Positions 1 to 10,244 are shown, counted from the stretch's first letter. The stretch: 64,000 nt of DNA from Bacteroidales bacterium (GCA_035299385.1 DATGWQ010000268.1:82524-146523), one strand, 5' to 3'. Program-made: numbers and translations. Notes: generated from the sequence alone by a model not told the origin.

Positions 1-10
1 GGATTCCCTT

Positions 11-601
11 ATGGCGAAACAGGAGCTTTATAACGGCAGGATCTGGATTAACCGTTTCCTTATGGTCAAAGGCGATCAGTTTCTTTTCTCACGATCATTT
101 ATTCCTGGAAGGGTTACGATCAAGGGCAGTACTTTTGATGTGAACCTCAGGTATGATATAAATGAAGATGAAATTCATATCATCGCGGGTCATTTCGGAG
201 TACTGCAGGTCAACAAGGAGCATGTGGACAGCTTTACGATCGCGTTCAACAACCGGGACTACCATTTCATTACAGTAAGGAACGATACCCTTCCCGAACC
301 TGCTTATCTGAATTTATTATACAAAGGAGCTATATCTCTTTATGCGCGATATCAGAAAAAGATAGATAAGATTTCCGGAGGAGAAGGTTCACGTTTTTAC
401 CAGGTTAACAGGATTTACCTGTCAAGGGACGGGATCAATCATACTGTTGCAGGCAAAGCCGGATTGTTAAGCCTCTCCGGCGACAGGTCCGAAAGCATAA
501 AGACCTGGATGAAAAAAAATCATGTAAGGGTAACAGCAAGAGATCCGCAATCTTTTGTCCCGGTCATAGTATATTATAACTCGTTAATAAGCCGGCATTG
601 A
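11..601 (+). CDS. hypothetical protein, first gene of the TonB-receptor operon (N-terminus may lie outside the window)
   Basis: 196-aa ORF. The frame stays open from nt 2 to the ATG at 11, so the true start may be upstream of the window. The stop overlaps the next start (ATGA at 598-601). No family recognised by eye. Confidence 0.5.
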   Translation: MAKQELYNGRIWINRFLMVKGDQFLFSRSFIPGRVTIKGSTFDVNLRYDINEDEIHIIAGHFGVLQVNKEHVDSFTIAFNNRDYHFITVRNDTLPEPAYLNLLYKGAISLYARYQKKIDKISGGEGSRFYQVNRIYLSRDGINHTVAGKAGLLSLSGDRSESIKTWMKKNHVRVTARDPQSFVPVIVYYNSLISRH

Positions 602-3312
602 AACACATGGCCAACATACTGCTTTTATTTCTGTTGCTGACAGGTAAATCATATACACAGGGCCTGGATTTCGATAATGCGACATTCGGGGAGTTCGCAG
701 AGAGAGCTGAGGGAATATTCAAAGTCAGGTTTTTTTATGATGAAGCTGCACTGAAAGATCTCAGGATTACATCAAGGGGCTGCAAGACAATTTCGTGCGT
801 GCTCGATGTAGCATTCAATGGCAAAGCTCTATTCTATCTTATCGAAGAATCAGGTAATGTCATAATCACAAGCGGATATGGGATCTATGTTCCCGGAGGA
901 TCAATGGCAAGGGATTCGGATTTTCTTGTGCCGGGAATTTATCCGGGACTGAATGATTCGGGCGAGGGCGCCATAAACATTTCAGTTGAGGTAGGAAACC
1001 CTGCTGAGAAGAACAAACCGGGGAATGTTTTACTCTCAGGTTATGTAAGGAATACCGATACGAACGAGCCTGTACAGGGAGTGACGGTTTATGTGAGGAA
1101 GCTCTCCGCCGGCACTGTCACCAATCAATTCGGATTTTACAGCCTTGCGCTTCCAAGGGGATCACATTCAGTTCAGTTCTCTTTTATAGGAATGCGCCAG
1201 AAGCAGGTCAGCCTTAAACTTTATGGTGAAGGGGAGCTTAATGTGGATATGAAGAGCGTACTGGTATCCCTGAAGGAGACTGTTGTTTCTGCCGGCAAAA
1301 GCATGACAATGCAGCGGTTTGAAACAGGATCGGAACGAATAAGCATTTCGTCTTTCAGGTTGCTCCCGACCAGCATGGGCGAATCCGACATTATGAAAAG
1401 CATGCTGATGATACCAGGGGTGGTGAGCGTTGGAGAAGGTTCTGCAGGCTTCAATGTGCGCGGGGGATCAGCCGATCAGAATCTTGTTTTACTTTACGGG
1501 GCCCCTGTCTACAACTCCTCGCATTTTTTTGGCTTCTTTTCCTCGGTGAATTCAGATATAATACGTGATGTCACGCTTTATAAAGGAGGGATCCCCGGCA
1601 GGTACGGCGGAAGAATATCATCAGTGGTTGACATCATCGCACGGGAGGGTAACCGGAAGGAGTTCAGGGGAAATGCAGGGATTAGTCCCGTAACAGCGCA
1701 TATCTCACTTGAAGGGCCGCTTATCAAAGACACACTGACTTACCTTCTCGCAGCAAGGACAACCTATTCAAACTGGGTTTTTGGCCTTATCGATAATCCT
1801 ATGATTGATAACAGCAGGGCTTCCTTCCGCGATCTGAATGCCAGGATTGTGTTCGATCGTGATAAAAACAATAAGATCGATGTTTCATTTTATTCAAGCC
1901 ATGATGACTTCAGGTTCAGGTTCGATACGGCTTACAGTTACAATAACAGTATCGCAGCCATCCGCTGGCGCCATTTCTATAACCCGCGATTCTTCTCTTC
2001 ATTTTCCCTGAACAACAGTTTTTACAGTTACGATGTCAGGAGCAGTCAGAGGACAGCTGAAGCTTTCACGCTTTCACACACGATCAACACGACGGGATTC
2101 GTTGCAGATTTCAACTGGTTCAAAGGAAAACATGAGATGAATTTCGGAATGGATCTTTCGAGGCATGCAGTGTCACCCGGTGCTTTTTCCCCGTTGAGTG
2201 ATTCTTCTCTTGTTTTAAGGAAACGCATACAATTGGAAAGAGGGTGGGAGGGCGCTTTGTACCTTGAAGACAGGCTGGTAATTTCAGATGTACTGTCAAT
2301 CGACATTGGACTCAGGCTCTCATCGTATCTTTTCACAGGTCCTTCATCGGTGCTGCACTATGATGGCAATCCTTATGAAAGCAGGGCAACTGTGAGTGAC
2401 ACCGTGAAATATTCGTCAGGCAAAATAATTAAAACCTATGGAGGACCTGAATTCAGGATGGCGGCTAATTTCATAATCGATGATGATAAGTCTGTCAAGA
2501 TTAACTTCAACACAACAAAGCAATATCTTCATCTGCTCTCCAATTCAGCATCAATTTCGCCAACCGACACATGGAAGCTGAGCGACTATCATATAAGGCC
2601 GCAGACGGGAGCCCAGGTTTCGGCAGGATTTTACAAGATTTTTTCAGGGAAGACTACGGAAGCTTCCGCCGAGATCTTCTATAAAAGCATAAGGAACATG
2701 AATGACTTCAAGGCAGGTACAAGCCTGATCATGAATGAAGATGTCGAAAAAGATATTATTAACCTGAAAGGGAGGGCCTATGGCCTGGAATTCCAGCTTA
2801 AAAAGCCTGAAGGAAAAATAAGATACACCATAGGATATGCATGGTCAAGGACAATGGTGAGGAGCACCAGCCGGCTGAGGAACGAGAAAATAAACTCGGG
2901 GAAGTGGTTCCCGGCCAATTTCGACAGGCCGCATGACCTGACAGTTATGTTCAGTTATATTTTTTCCAGGCGTTTCAACATTTCATCAAATTATGTCCTG
3001 AGCACCGGCAGGCCAATAACATATCCTGTCGCTCTCTACAACGTCGATGAAAATGTCTTGCTGCATTATTCCGAACGGAATGGGTACAGGCTTCCCGATT
3101 ATTCACGTCTCGACCTGTCTTTCAGGGTAAACGGCAGCCTGAGGTCAAAAAAGCTTGCTAACCCATACTGGAGCTTTTCTGTTTACAATGTGTTAGCGCG
3201 AAGGAACATATACTCGGTCTTTTTCCGTGAAGAAGGTGATGTTTTCAAGGGTTACAGCCTGTCAGTATTCGGAACTGCAATCCCATCGCTATCATTTGGA
3301 TTTGATTTTTAA
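598..3312 (+). CDS. TonB-dependent outer-membrane receptor with carboxypeptidase-regulatory-like N-terminal domain
   Basis: Signal peptide MKHMANILLLFLLLTGKSYTQ. CarboxypepD_reg-like segment LSGYVRNTDTNEPVQGVTVYV...NQFGFYSLALPRGSHSVQFSFIGM. Plug-like segment GESDIMKSMLMIPGVVSVGEGSAGFNVRGGSADQNLVLLYGAPVYN. Long beta-barrel-like C-terminus ending in an aromatic residue (FGFDF). Confidence 0.85.
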   Translation: MKHMANILLLFLLLTGKSYTQGLDFDNATFGEFAERAEGIFKVRFFYDEAALKDLRITSRGCKTISCVLDVAFNGKALFYLIEESGNVIITSGYGIYVPGGSMARDSDFLVPGIYPGLNDSGEGAINISVEVGNPAEKNKPGNVLLSGYVRNTDTNEPVQGVTVYVRKLSAGTVTNQFGFYSLALPRGSHSVQFSFIGMRQKQVSLKLYGEGELNVDMKSVLVSLKETVVSAGKSMTMQRFETGSERISISSFRLLPTSMGESDIMKSMLMIPGVVSVGEGSAGFNVRGGSADQNLVLLYGAPVYNSSHFFGFFSSVNSDIIRDVTLYKGGIPGRYGGRISSVVDIIAREGNRKEFRGNAGISPVTAHISLEGPLIKDTLTYLLAARTTYSNWVFGLIDNPMIDNSRASFRDLNARIVFDRDKNNKIDVSFYSSHDDFRFRFDTAYSYNNSIAAIRWRHFYNPRFFSSFSLNNSFYSYDVRSSQRTAEAFTLSHTINTTGFVADFNWFKGKHEMNFGMDLSRHAVSPGAFSPLSDSSLVLRKRIQLERGWEGALYLEDRLVISDVLSIDIGLRLSSYLFTGPSSVLHYDGNPYESRATVSDTVKYSSGKIIKTYGGPEFRMAANFIIDDDKSVKINFNTTKQYLHLLSNSASISPTDTWKLSDYHIRPQTGAQVSAGFYKIFSGKTTEASAEIFYKSIRNMNDFKAGTSLIMNEDVEKDIINLKGRAYGLEFQLKKPEGKIRYTIGYAWSRTMVRSTSRLRNEKINSGKWFPANFDRPHDLTVMFSYIFSRRFNISSNYVLSTGRPITYPVALYNVDENVLLHYSERNGYRLPDYSRLDLSFRVNGSLRSKKLANPYWSFSVYNVLARRNIYSVFFREEGDVFKGYSLSVFGTAIPSLSFGFDF

Positions 3313-3318
3313 TGAATT

Positions 3319-4467
3319 ATGAAGTTTAGTGTCGACATAAATATCCGGAAAGTCCCTTTCATATGGAACGTGGGAATTGCCATGATAATTCTGTCTGCAG
3401 GATGTGTAGCCCTGTATACTCCTGAAATAACCGAAACTACCGACCTGCTTGTTGTAAGGGGCACAATAACAGACCAGGGCGGGAAGGACACAATAAAGCT
3501 GTCGAGGTCATACCCTGTCGGAAATGTCAGGGATGCAAGGCCTGTCGGCGGAGCCAATGTGTCAATTAGCGATAACCTGGGAAATGTGATCCGCCTCCTG
3601 GAAGCTTCCATGGGAAATTATGTTACACCCGACGGCTTCAGTGGCATTACCGGAAGATTCTACAGGCTCCATATCTCAGGCATCAGGGACAAAACTTACG
3701 AGTCCGATCCGATGGAAATGAGGCCGGTTCCGCCGATAGATTGTGTTTATTATAATAGGATTGTGATCGATCCGCCGGACGAATTCTTTAAAGGAAATGA
3801 CGCGTGCCAGGTTTACCTCGACACTCATGACCCTTCAGGCAATTGCCGGTGGTTCAGGTGGAGCTTCACAGAAACATGGATGTTCAGGCTCGATTTTGAC
3901 GTTCCGAACAAAATATGCTGGATAAACGCCAATTCTCACGATATAAATATCAAAAGCACATCGGCATATTCCGGATCTGTAATAGAGCGGCAACCTGTAA
4001 AATATATTTCGAATACAAGCGACAGGCTGAAGCTGCGCTACAGCATTCTTGTAAACCAGTTTTCGCTGAACGAGGATGAATACCTGTATTGGGAAAAGGT
4101 CCGTAACATAGTCACAAACACAGGAGGTTTGTACGACATGATACCTGCAGCTCTTCCGAACAATCTCCGCTGCATCCAGGACCCCGACGAAACCGTGCTC
4201 GGCTATTTCAGCGTATCGGCAAAAACATCAAAGAGAATATTTATCCAGGATGAATTCGCAGGTATAATTGATGCTTACTCAAACTGCATCGAAGGCAACA
4301 CGTCAAACAACCAGAGGCCTCCGTCGGACAAACCATTCTGGGTACTGCTGAAACATCCATGCTCCCTGCCATGCATCCCTTATTTTGACTATACGACAAG
4401 AGAGGAATGTGCCGACTGCACTTTGCGGGGAAGCAACAAAAGACCTGATTTCTGGACTGACAAATGA
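3319..4467 (+). CDS. DUF4249-like lipoprotein, partner of the preceding TonB-dependent receptor
   Basis: Lipobox-like LSAGC near the N-terminus. Size, position directly after a CarboxypepD_reg-type receptor and general sequence character fit DUF4249. The family assignment is from memory, not a search. Confidence 0.55.
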   Translation: MKFSVDINIRKVPFIWNVGIAMIILSAGCVALYTPEITETTDLLVVRGTITDQGGKDTIKLSRSYPVGNVRDARPVGGANVSISDNLGNVIRLLEASMGNYVTPDGFSGITGRFYRLHISGIRDKTYESDPMEMRPVPPIDCVYYNRIVIDPPDEFFKGNDACQVYLDTHDPSGNCRWFRWSFTETWMFRLDFDVPNKICWINANSHDINIKSTSAYSGSVIERQPVKYISNTSDRLKLRYSILVNQFSLNEDEYLYWEKVRNIVTNTGGLYDMIPAALPNNLRCIQDPDETVLGYFSVSAKTSKRIFIQDEFAGIIDAYSNCIEGNTSNNQRPPSDKPFWVLLKHPCSLPCIPYFDYTTREECADCTLRGSNKRPDFWTDK

Positions 4468-6560
4468 CTATGCTGAAAGGCAAGACCAACATATTGACCT
4501 TATTGCCGATCCTGTTTTCCTGCAGCCTGCACGCTCAGGCAGAACAAGACATTTTGCAATCAATCCTCAGCAAATTGGCTGATTACACCAGTCGTTACCC
4601 GCGCGAAGAAATCTTCGTTCACACAGACAAGGATGAGTATATAGCAGGTGAGGATCTCTGGTTCAAAGTTTACCTGGCAGACAGGAAAAGCTTCAGGTCA
4701 TCACCTTACAGCAGCATTGCATACCTCGAAGTGCTGAATATCGAAAACAAGCCTGTCCTCCGGAAAATGGTTCACCTGGCGGATGGAGCAGGACCAGGGC
4801 ACATGATCCTTCCCGACTCACTAAAAACCGGCTTTTATACTTTGAGGGCATATACAAACCTGATGAAAAATTCCCTTCCGTACAATTGCTTCAGTAAAGA
4901 AATCACCATTTACAATACCCTGAAAAATGAAAGCACGCATGTCATCAGAAACTCAAATAGTCCTTTGCTTTCACGTCCTGACATTCAACCTGGTACAGGA
5001 GCAATGATAAGGATAAATAATTCCAGGGCTGATTCGATTGAATTCTTTCTCGGCAACGATAATTACCAGGGCGATACCGTCATTAAATATCTGGTCATCC
5101 AGTCCAGGGCCAATGCTGATTTTTCGGGAACAATTCAAACAGGGAAGTCCCGCATTGCCGTTTCCAGGGAGCACATTGCGGAAGGCATCAGCCAGGCTGT
5201 GGTTTTTAATGATAAAGGTTTACCGATCGCCTCACGGTATTTCTATGTACCTGTGAGGGATATTGAGGAACCAGGTATCCAGGTAAATGAATCATACAGT
5301 TCAAGAGAAAAAATAAACATCGGTTTTGCACCACGGAGTTTTATGAAAATAAGTGGAAGTACAAGCATCTCAGTTTCCCCTTTCACAGGAAATTATTCAC
5401 CGGGTATTGACGCTTACCTTGTATTCGGAAGCGAATTCAACACAGCTTCAGGTTATTTTAATGATAACATTTTAAAGAGCCTGCCGGAGGCGGGGAGGGA
5501 CAGTGTGCTGGGGCGGCTGAAAAGCAACTGGATTGACTGGAACGTAATACTTTCAGGAGATCGTTCAGCTATGGAATATCTTCCTGAAAAGGATGATCAT
5601 TTTATATACGGATCCGTACCGGGGGGTAACGGCGATACAGTACTGATGTGTTCGCCATCCTCCAGGCCATTATTCCGGTACACAAGAGCAGACCGAGGCG
5701 GTAACTTTAATTTCAGCATACATACTTATGAGAATCCGGGAGATCTGATCTTTATCACGCATAATGGCTCATCTGAATCAAGGCCTATTTTGAATTCTTC
5801 ATTTTCTGACAAGTTCTATGCTTATTCCAGGCACGACACTGTCGAAATAATACCATCACATTTTGCAAGGATGGCAGTGGACTACCAGGTGAGACGCTTA
5901 TTCAAGGTAACGAACAGCCTGAATCAATCAACAGTCGACGAAGCAGTCAAGGACCCGAGGATATATGGTAAGCCTGATCTTGAAATAAGACTTTCGGATT
6001 ATATCGGGCTTCCGACGATGGATGAGGTATTTCTCGAGCTTGTGCCGGGTGTGTCCCTGCGCCCGGGGAAGAACGGATATGAGATCAGGATGACAGAGCG
6101 GATAAACGACAGGAGGATCGAGCTGGATCCCACCCTGATGATCGACGGTGTACCGGTAAAAGATGCCTCACTGATTGGAGGGCTTGATCCTGTACTGGTT
6201 GAAAGTATTGAAATCACAAGTCAGAAATATTTAATCGGTGATTACGTTTTTAACGGTATCGTTAACGTAATCACAAGAGCAGCAGACTTCAGCAGTATAA
6301 CGTTGCCGGAATACATGACGCGTATAAGATATGCCGTACCCGATACTGTACCTCAGTTTCTTTCGCCGGATCACTCCTCTGTAAATTCCTGGAGTAAGCG
6401 CTTTCCAGATTACAGGAACACGCTGTACTGGGATCCTTCCTTTTCATCGTCCGCAAGCTTCTGGAGCTGTGACAATAAGATGAAATATCTTATAAGCATC
6501 GAGGGGTTAACCGATGATGGAAGGCCGATAAGCTTAAAGAAGATTTTTGAGGTGAAGTAA
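4464..6560 (+). CDS. secreted protein with MG2 (alpha-2-macroglobulin-like) N-terminal motif and Plug-like C-terminal segment
   Basis: Signal peptide LLPILFSCSLHAQA. MG2-like motif EEIFVHTDKDEYIAGEDLWFKVYL...GFYTLRAYT. The C-terminal segment LMIDGVPVKDASLIGGLDPVLVESIEITSQKYLIGDYVFNGIVNVITR resembles a TonB plug. The start overlaps the previous stop (ATGA). Confidence 0.45.
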   Translation: MTMLKGKTNILTLLPILFSCSLHAQAEQDILQSILSKLADYTSRYPREEIFVHTDKDEYIAGEDLWFKVYLADRKSFRSSPYSSIAYLEVLNIENKPVLRKMVHLADGAGPGHMILPDSLKTGFYTLRAYTNLMKNSLPYNCFSKEITIYNTLKNESTHVIRNSNSPLLSRPDIQPGTGAMIRINNSRADSIEFFLGNDNYQGDTVIKYLVIQSRANADFSGTIQTGKSRIAVSREHIAEGISQAVVFNDKGLPIASRYFYVPVRDIEEPGIQVNESYSSREKINIGFAPRSFMKISGSTSISVSPFTGNYSPGIDAYLVFGSEFNTASGYFNDNILKSLPEAGRDSVLGRLKSNWIDWNVILSGDRSAMEYLPEKDDHFIYGSVPGGNGDTVLMCSPSSRPLFRYTRADRGGNFNFSIHTYENPGDLIFITHNGSSESRPILNSSFSDKFYAYSRHDTVEIIPSHFARMAVDYQVRRLFKVTNSLNQSTVDEAVKDPRIYGKPDLEIRLSDYIGLPTMDEVFLELVPGVSLRPGKNGYEIRMTERINDRRIELDPTLMIDGVPVKDASLIGGLDPVLVESIEITSQKYLIGDYVFNGIVNVITRAADFSSITLPEYMTRIRYAVPDTVPQFLSPDHSSVNSWSKRFPDYRNTLYWDPSFSSSASFWSCDNKMKYLISIEGLTDDGRPISLKKIFEVK

Positions 6561-6579
6561 AACCGGGTTATGGAAAAAT

Positions 6580-7824
6580 CTATCGGACCGACGGATCCGA
6601 CACCCTTCCCATGAAAATAATCGAATTCGTAGACGTTTCCCTGATCACATACATGAAAGGATGATCGAGCTTCAGAACCATCGGGGGAGCAGGAGCCATC
6701 GTCAACCCGATCTCGACGACCGTTGCAGCTGCGGCTTCGGTTCCCTCCTCGTTTGTTTCGACGAAAGCCTGGTGAAGAACTTTGTTGATATAGAGCTCCC
6801 TGTCAGAAATATTCGAAAAATCAGCTGAGCCTGGTATGAAAGCTATTCCCATTCCCATATCTGAGAGTATTTCGTTCAGCTGCTTTTTATACCCGTATTT
6901 GAACCTTGGAAATGTGAGGTTTATCTCCTGTGAATGCAAATTTTCTGTCATATTATTGAAACTTTCCACGGTCATGTTACGTATAATATTATTTATACCG
7001 TTCTGTTCATCAGGAAGTACAACATCCATTACATAATTCCCCTGGCCATAAGGAAATTCTGCAAACACGAAATTGCTCCCTTTGAAAATCTTGAATTCAT
7101 GGGTCTGCTTCATCATCGGCACAGGTATGGCAGATGAGGGTGCAAGAAAATTCTCATTCACGGTTTTTGATTTCTCAAACTGCGAATTCCATTGTCCCTT
7201 GAAATAAATAGCGTTGATAAGCAGCATAACCGTATTTGGATCGAGGCTGGAAATCATCTCCCTGATGAGTCCGTTTGTTTTATCTTCGATCCATTTATTC
7301 ACCTTTGCAGGCGCTCCCTGGTCGTTGATATCGAAAGATTGAGATTCGGCATTGTAGTAGTTGACCAATATGTCTGTGAATTGCTTTTTGGCAGCAAAGG
7401 TTTTCTCTGTCCACACCGAGTTTGCAATATTGATTATCACCCTGCTGTCTACCGAAAGCAGTGCATCGACAAGCTTTTCATAAGATTCGTTTATTACCTG
7501 TGGGGAAATGCCTGCCGACCTGAGCGCCTGCAGCATAGCCTCCCTTGTCTGGCCGTTCGCGCCATTGACAGCCATTGAAAGCGCAACCGAGATGCTGAAA
7601 GGCGAGATAACAAGGTTTTCCCCTTCACCCGCTTTCTCAGTCACTTTTTTAAACATATCTATGGCAAAGGAGTTTCCTGAGGTGATGAGGCCGACCTGTT
7701 CTGCAGTAAGGCTGATCGGAACAGGGTCAACAGGAAGAGGTTCTTCATTTTTCCTGCATGAGGAAAGAACAAACACCACTACCAGTGTAATGGTTATAAT
7801 ACCGGGATTGAAATGATTTTTCAT
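6580..7824 (-). CDS. serpin-family serine protease inhibitor, predicted lipoprotein
   Basis: Lipobox VLSSC. Serpin motifs SPFSISVALSMAVNGANGQT and NAIYFKGQWNSQF. Hinge and reactive-centre loop EEGTEAAAATVVEIGLTMAPAPP (nt 6682-6750), followed by LDHPFMYVIRE. Confidence 0.9.
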   Translation of the reverse strand: MKNHFNPGIITITLVVVFVLSSCRKNEEPLPVDPVPISLTAEQVGLITSGNSFAIDMFKKVTEKAGEGENLVISPFSISVALSMAVNGANGQTREAMLQALRSAGISPQVINESYEKLVDALLSVDSRVIINIANSVWTEKTFAAKKQFTDILVNYYNAESQSFDINDQGAPAKVNKWIEDKTNGLIREMISSLDPNTVMLLINAIYFKGQWNSQFEKSKTVNENFLAPSSAIPVPMMKQTHEFKIFKGSNFVFAEFPYGQGNYVMDVVLPDEQNGINNIIRNMTVESFNNMTENLHSQEINLTFPRFKYGYKKQLNEILSDMGMGIAFIPGSADFSNISDRELYINKVLHQAFVETNEEGTEAAAATVVEIGLTMAPAPPMVLKLDHPFMYVIRETSTNSIIFMGRVSDPSVR

Positions 7825-7872
7825 ACAGGGCTGATTAATGAAAGTGAGTTATCTGCATTCACTAAACAAAAA

Positions 7873-8436
7873 TCATGCCTGTTTCTTCTTTTTCCTTTTC
7901 CTGGCGTCAGAGAGCCATGATTTCAGATATGCCACCGAGAAGAAAAAAAAGATGAGCCCCAGCGACAGCAGCATCACGAATGCAAGTATCGATGGTTTTT
8001 CATCACCCCAGGGATTTTTAAGCCTGTAAAAATACCCATAGATTGTGTAGACGATTATAAGTATGGAGATGATGAATCCGTAGATTATTCTTGTACCGTC
8101 GAATATCCTCGTCGTCTTATAAAATTTTGTCCGCCTGAAAGTGGAATAGGGAGCTCTAGCATAGGCCGTGGCTTTTCTCCTGGACCTGTCCTGGCGGTAT
8201 TTTCTCCAGTCTTCCATCGCCTGCTCATATGCTTTCTGATCATGTTCGATCCGGTCGTGATTGGAGATAAGAAATTCATAAGCTTCAGTTGCGCTTATGA
8301 AAAGATCCTTCGCTTCAGGTGAATGATTGATGTCGGGATGGTAAAGGTATGCCTTTTGCCTGTATGCTTTTTTTATTGCATCGGGATCGGAATTTACCGG
8401 GATTCCAAGAATGTCATAATAATCCTTAATGTTCAT
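7873..8436 (-). CDS. J-domain (DnaJ-like) membrane protein
   Basis: The N-terminus DYYDILGIPVNSDPDAIKKAYRQKAYLYHPD has the HPD tripeptide. There are two C-terminal hydrophobic helices. I take the start at the ATG at 8436 (MNIKDYYDILG) rather than the ORF-track start at 8469. Confidence 0.8.
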   Translation of the reverse strand: MNIKDYYDILGIPVNSDPDAIKKAYRQKAYLYHPDINHSPEAKDLFISATEAYEFLISNHDRIEHDQKAYEQAMEDWRKYRQDRSRRKATAYARAPYSTFRRTKFYKTTRIFDGTRIIYGFIISILIIVYTIYGYFYRLKNPWGDEKPSILAFVMLLSLGLIFFFFSVAYLKSWLSDARKRKKKKQA

Positions 8437-8501
8437 TGTCCCTGAGCTCAAATTAAACACAAGGAACAAAAATTTTTTCTCGGCCGGAAATTTTGAGGGG
8501 G

Positions 8502-9077
8502 TTATTTGACCATCCCTGTGAATCCCATGAAGGCCATTGCGAGAATGCTGGCAATAACAAGCGAAATGGGAACTCCTTTCATTCCTTTGGGAATATCTGC
8601 CAGTTCAAGCTGCTCACGGATGCCGGCAAGTATTATAAGAGCGAATCCGAATCCGACTGCAGTCGATGCGCCGAACACCACACCCTGCACAAGGTTGTAA
8701 TGCTTCTGAATAACAAGGATCGCAACACCAAGCACTGCACAGTTTGTAGTTATTAGAGGAAGAAATATTCCGAGAGCCTGGTAAAGCGGCTGGCTCACTT
8801 TCTTGAGTATGATCTCAACCATCTGAACGAGGGCTGCAATTACAAGGATGAAAGTGATTGTCTGCATGAATGCAATGCCAAGCTTATTCAGAACATATAT
8901 CTGAATAAGGTATGTCACCATGGTTGCGAGAGTGATCACGAATACAACTGCGCCTGCCATCCCGAGGGCGGTATTTACCCTGTTTGACACTCCCAAAAAT
9001 GGGCAGATGCCGAGGAACTGTGTAAGTATCACGTTATTGATCAGAACAGCCGATATGACCATCAATATATACTGCAT
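8502..9077 (-). CDS. rnfA: Rnf electron-transport complex subunit A
   Basis: Close match by eye to RsxA/RnfA (FLGICPFLGVS, LGIFLPLITTNCAVLGVA, AMAFMGFTGMV). It is the last gene of the rseC-rnfBCDGEA string. Confidence 0.93.
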   Translation of the reverse strand: MQYILMVISAVLINNVILTQFLGICPFLGVSNRVNTALGMAGAVVFVITLATMVTYLIQIYVLNKLGIAFMQTITFILVIAALVQMVEIILKKVSQPLYQALGIFLPLITTNCAVLGVAILVIQKHYNLVQGVVFGASTAVGFGFALIILAGIREQLELADIPKGMKGVPISLVIASILAMAFMGFTGMVK

Positions 9078-9084
9078 ATCCGTA

Positions 9085-9672
9085 TCAGTTTAATTTTTTC
9101 TTGATCTGGTTGACTATAGCGATGAGGAATCCCAGGGCAAGGAAAGCGCCGGGGGCAAGGACAAACACAAGGACTCCGTCACCAGGAAGGAATTTGTGAC
9201 CGAAGATCGCGCCGCTTCCGACTATTTCACGGAAAGCCCCGAGCACGCCAAGAGCCAGTGTAAATCCAATACCCATTCCCAGTCCGTCGAGCGCTGAAGT
9301 GAGCACCTTGTTCTTGTTGGCAAATGCTTCCGCACGGCCGAGCACGATACAGTTGACTACAATGAGCGGAATAAAGATCCCAAGAGTTCCATAAAGTGAC
9401 GGTACATATGCCTGCATGATCAGATCCACAATGGTCACAAAAGATGCAATGATCACAACATATGCCGGTATCCTCACCTTGTCGGGGATGACGTTTGCCA
9501 GGAGCGAGATCACCGTATTTGAACCGATAAGGACAAAGGTGGTGGCAAGGCCCATCCCCATCCCGTTCAATGATGAAGTTGAAGTTGCAAGGGTGGGGCA
9601 GGTGCCGAGTACGAGCACCAGGATCGGGTTTTCCTTCAGGATCCCTTTGGTAAGGTTCTGCAGGTTATTCAT
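9085..9672 (-). CDS. rnfE: Rnf electron-transport complex subunit E
   Basis: RnfE-type polytopic protein (NPILVLVLGTCPTLATSTS, LGIFIPLIVVNCIVLGRAEAFA). Operon position is between rnfG and rnfA. Confidence 0.92.
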   Translation of the reverse strand: MNNLQNLTKGILKENPILVLVLGTCPTLATSTSSLNGMGMGLATTFVLIGSNTVISLLANVIPDKVRIPAYVVIIASFVTIVDLIMQAYVPSLYGTLGIFIPLIVVNCIVLGRAEAFANKNKVLTSALDGLGMGIGFTLALGVLGAFREIVGSGAIFGHKFLPGDGVLVFVLAPGAFLALGFLIAIVNQIKKKLN

Positions 9673-10244
9673 ATGATGCCTCCTTTCTGAAGAGTGTTGT
9701 AGCCGCGCTGCAGGGCATCACAGAAGGCTCTTGAGCTTATTGTGGCTGCAGAGATGGCATCGACAGGGCCGCCATCCTTTTTGACCTTAAGCTGGAAAGT
9801 CCCGGGATTCTTCCCGTTGAACTGTCCCTTGAATGCAGGTTCAGTCATTTTTGTGCCCAGGCCGGGGGTTTCCTTTTGTGTGAGCACTGAAATATCTGTT
9901 ATGCTGCCATCCGGTTTGAATCCGGCCATAAGCTCGATCCTTCCGCTAAATCCTTTTGATGTGTAGGTATTCACTGCATATCCGACAATCTGATTGTCCT
10001 TCTTTGCGGGATAGACATCCAGGCTGTCACCTTCTCCGGTTGGTATCCTGAACATCTCGGCGTTTGGATTATTGTCGAATTCAGGTACAACCATTTTTAT
10101 GGCATCGAGCTTTTTATTGAGATTTGAAAGTTCGATAGGCTGTTTTGTGAATTCGTAAACAAAGCCGAGGCAGGCTGCTGCTCCGAGTGAAATGAGCGTG
10201 AGCGACAGCGCCATATTCTTGAAGGTTGATTCGATGCTAGCCAT
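9669..10244 (-). CDS. rnfG: Rnf electron-transport complex subunit G (FMN-binding)
   Basis: N-terminal TM helix, ETPGLG motif and FMN-attachment-type motif DAISAATISSRAF. Overlaps rnfD and rnfE by a few nt. Confidence 0.9.
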   Translation of the reverse strand: MASIESTFKNMALSLTLISLGAAACLGFVYEFTKQPIELSNLNKKLDAIKMVVPEFDNNPNAEMFRIPTGEGDSLDVYPAKKDNQIVGYAVNTYTSKGFSGRIELMAGFKPDGSITDISVLTQKETPGLGTKMTEPAFKGQFNGKNPGTFQLKVKKDGGPVDAISAATISSRAFCDALQRGYNTLQKGGII

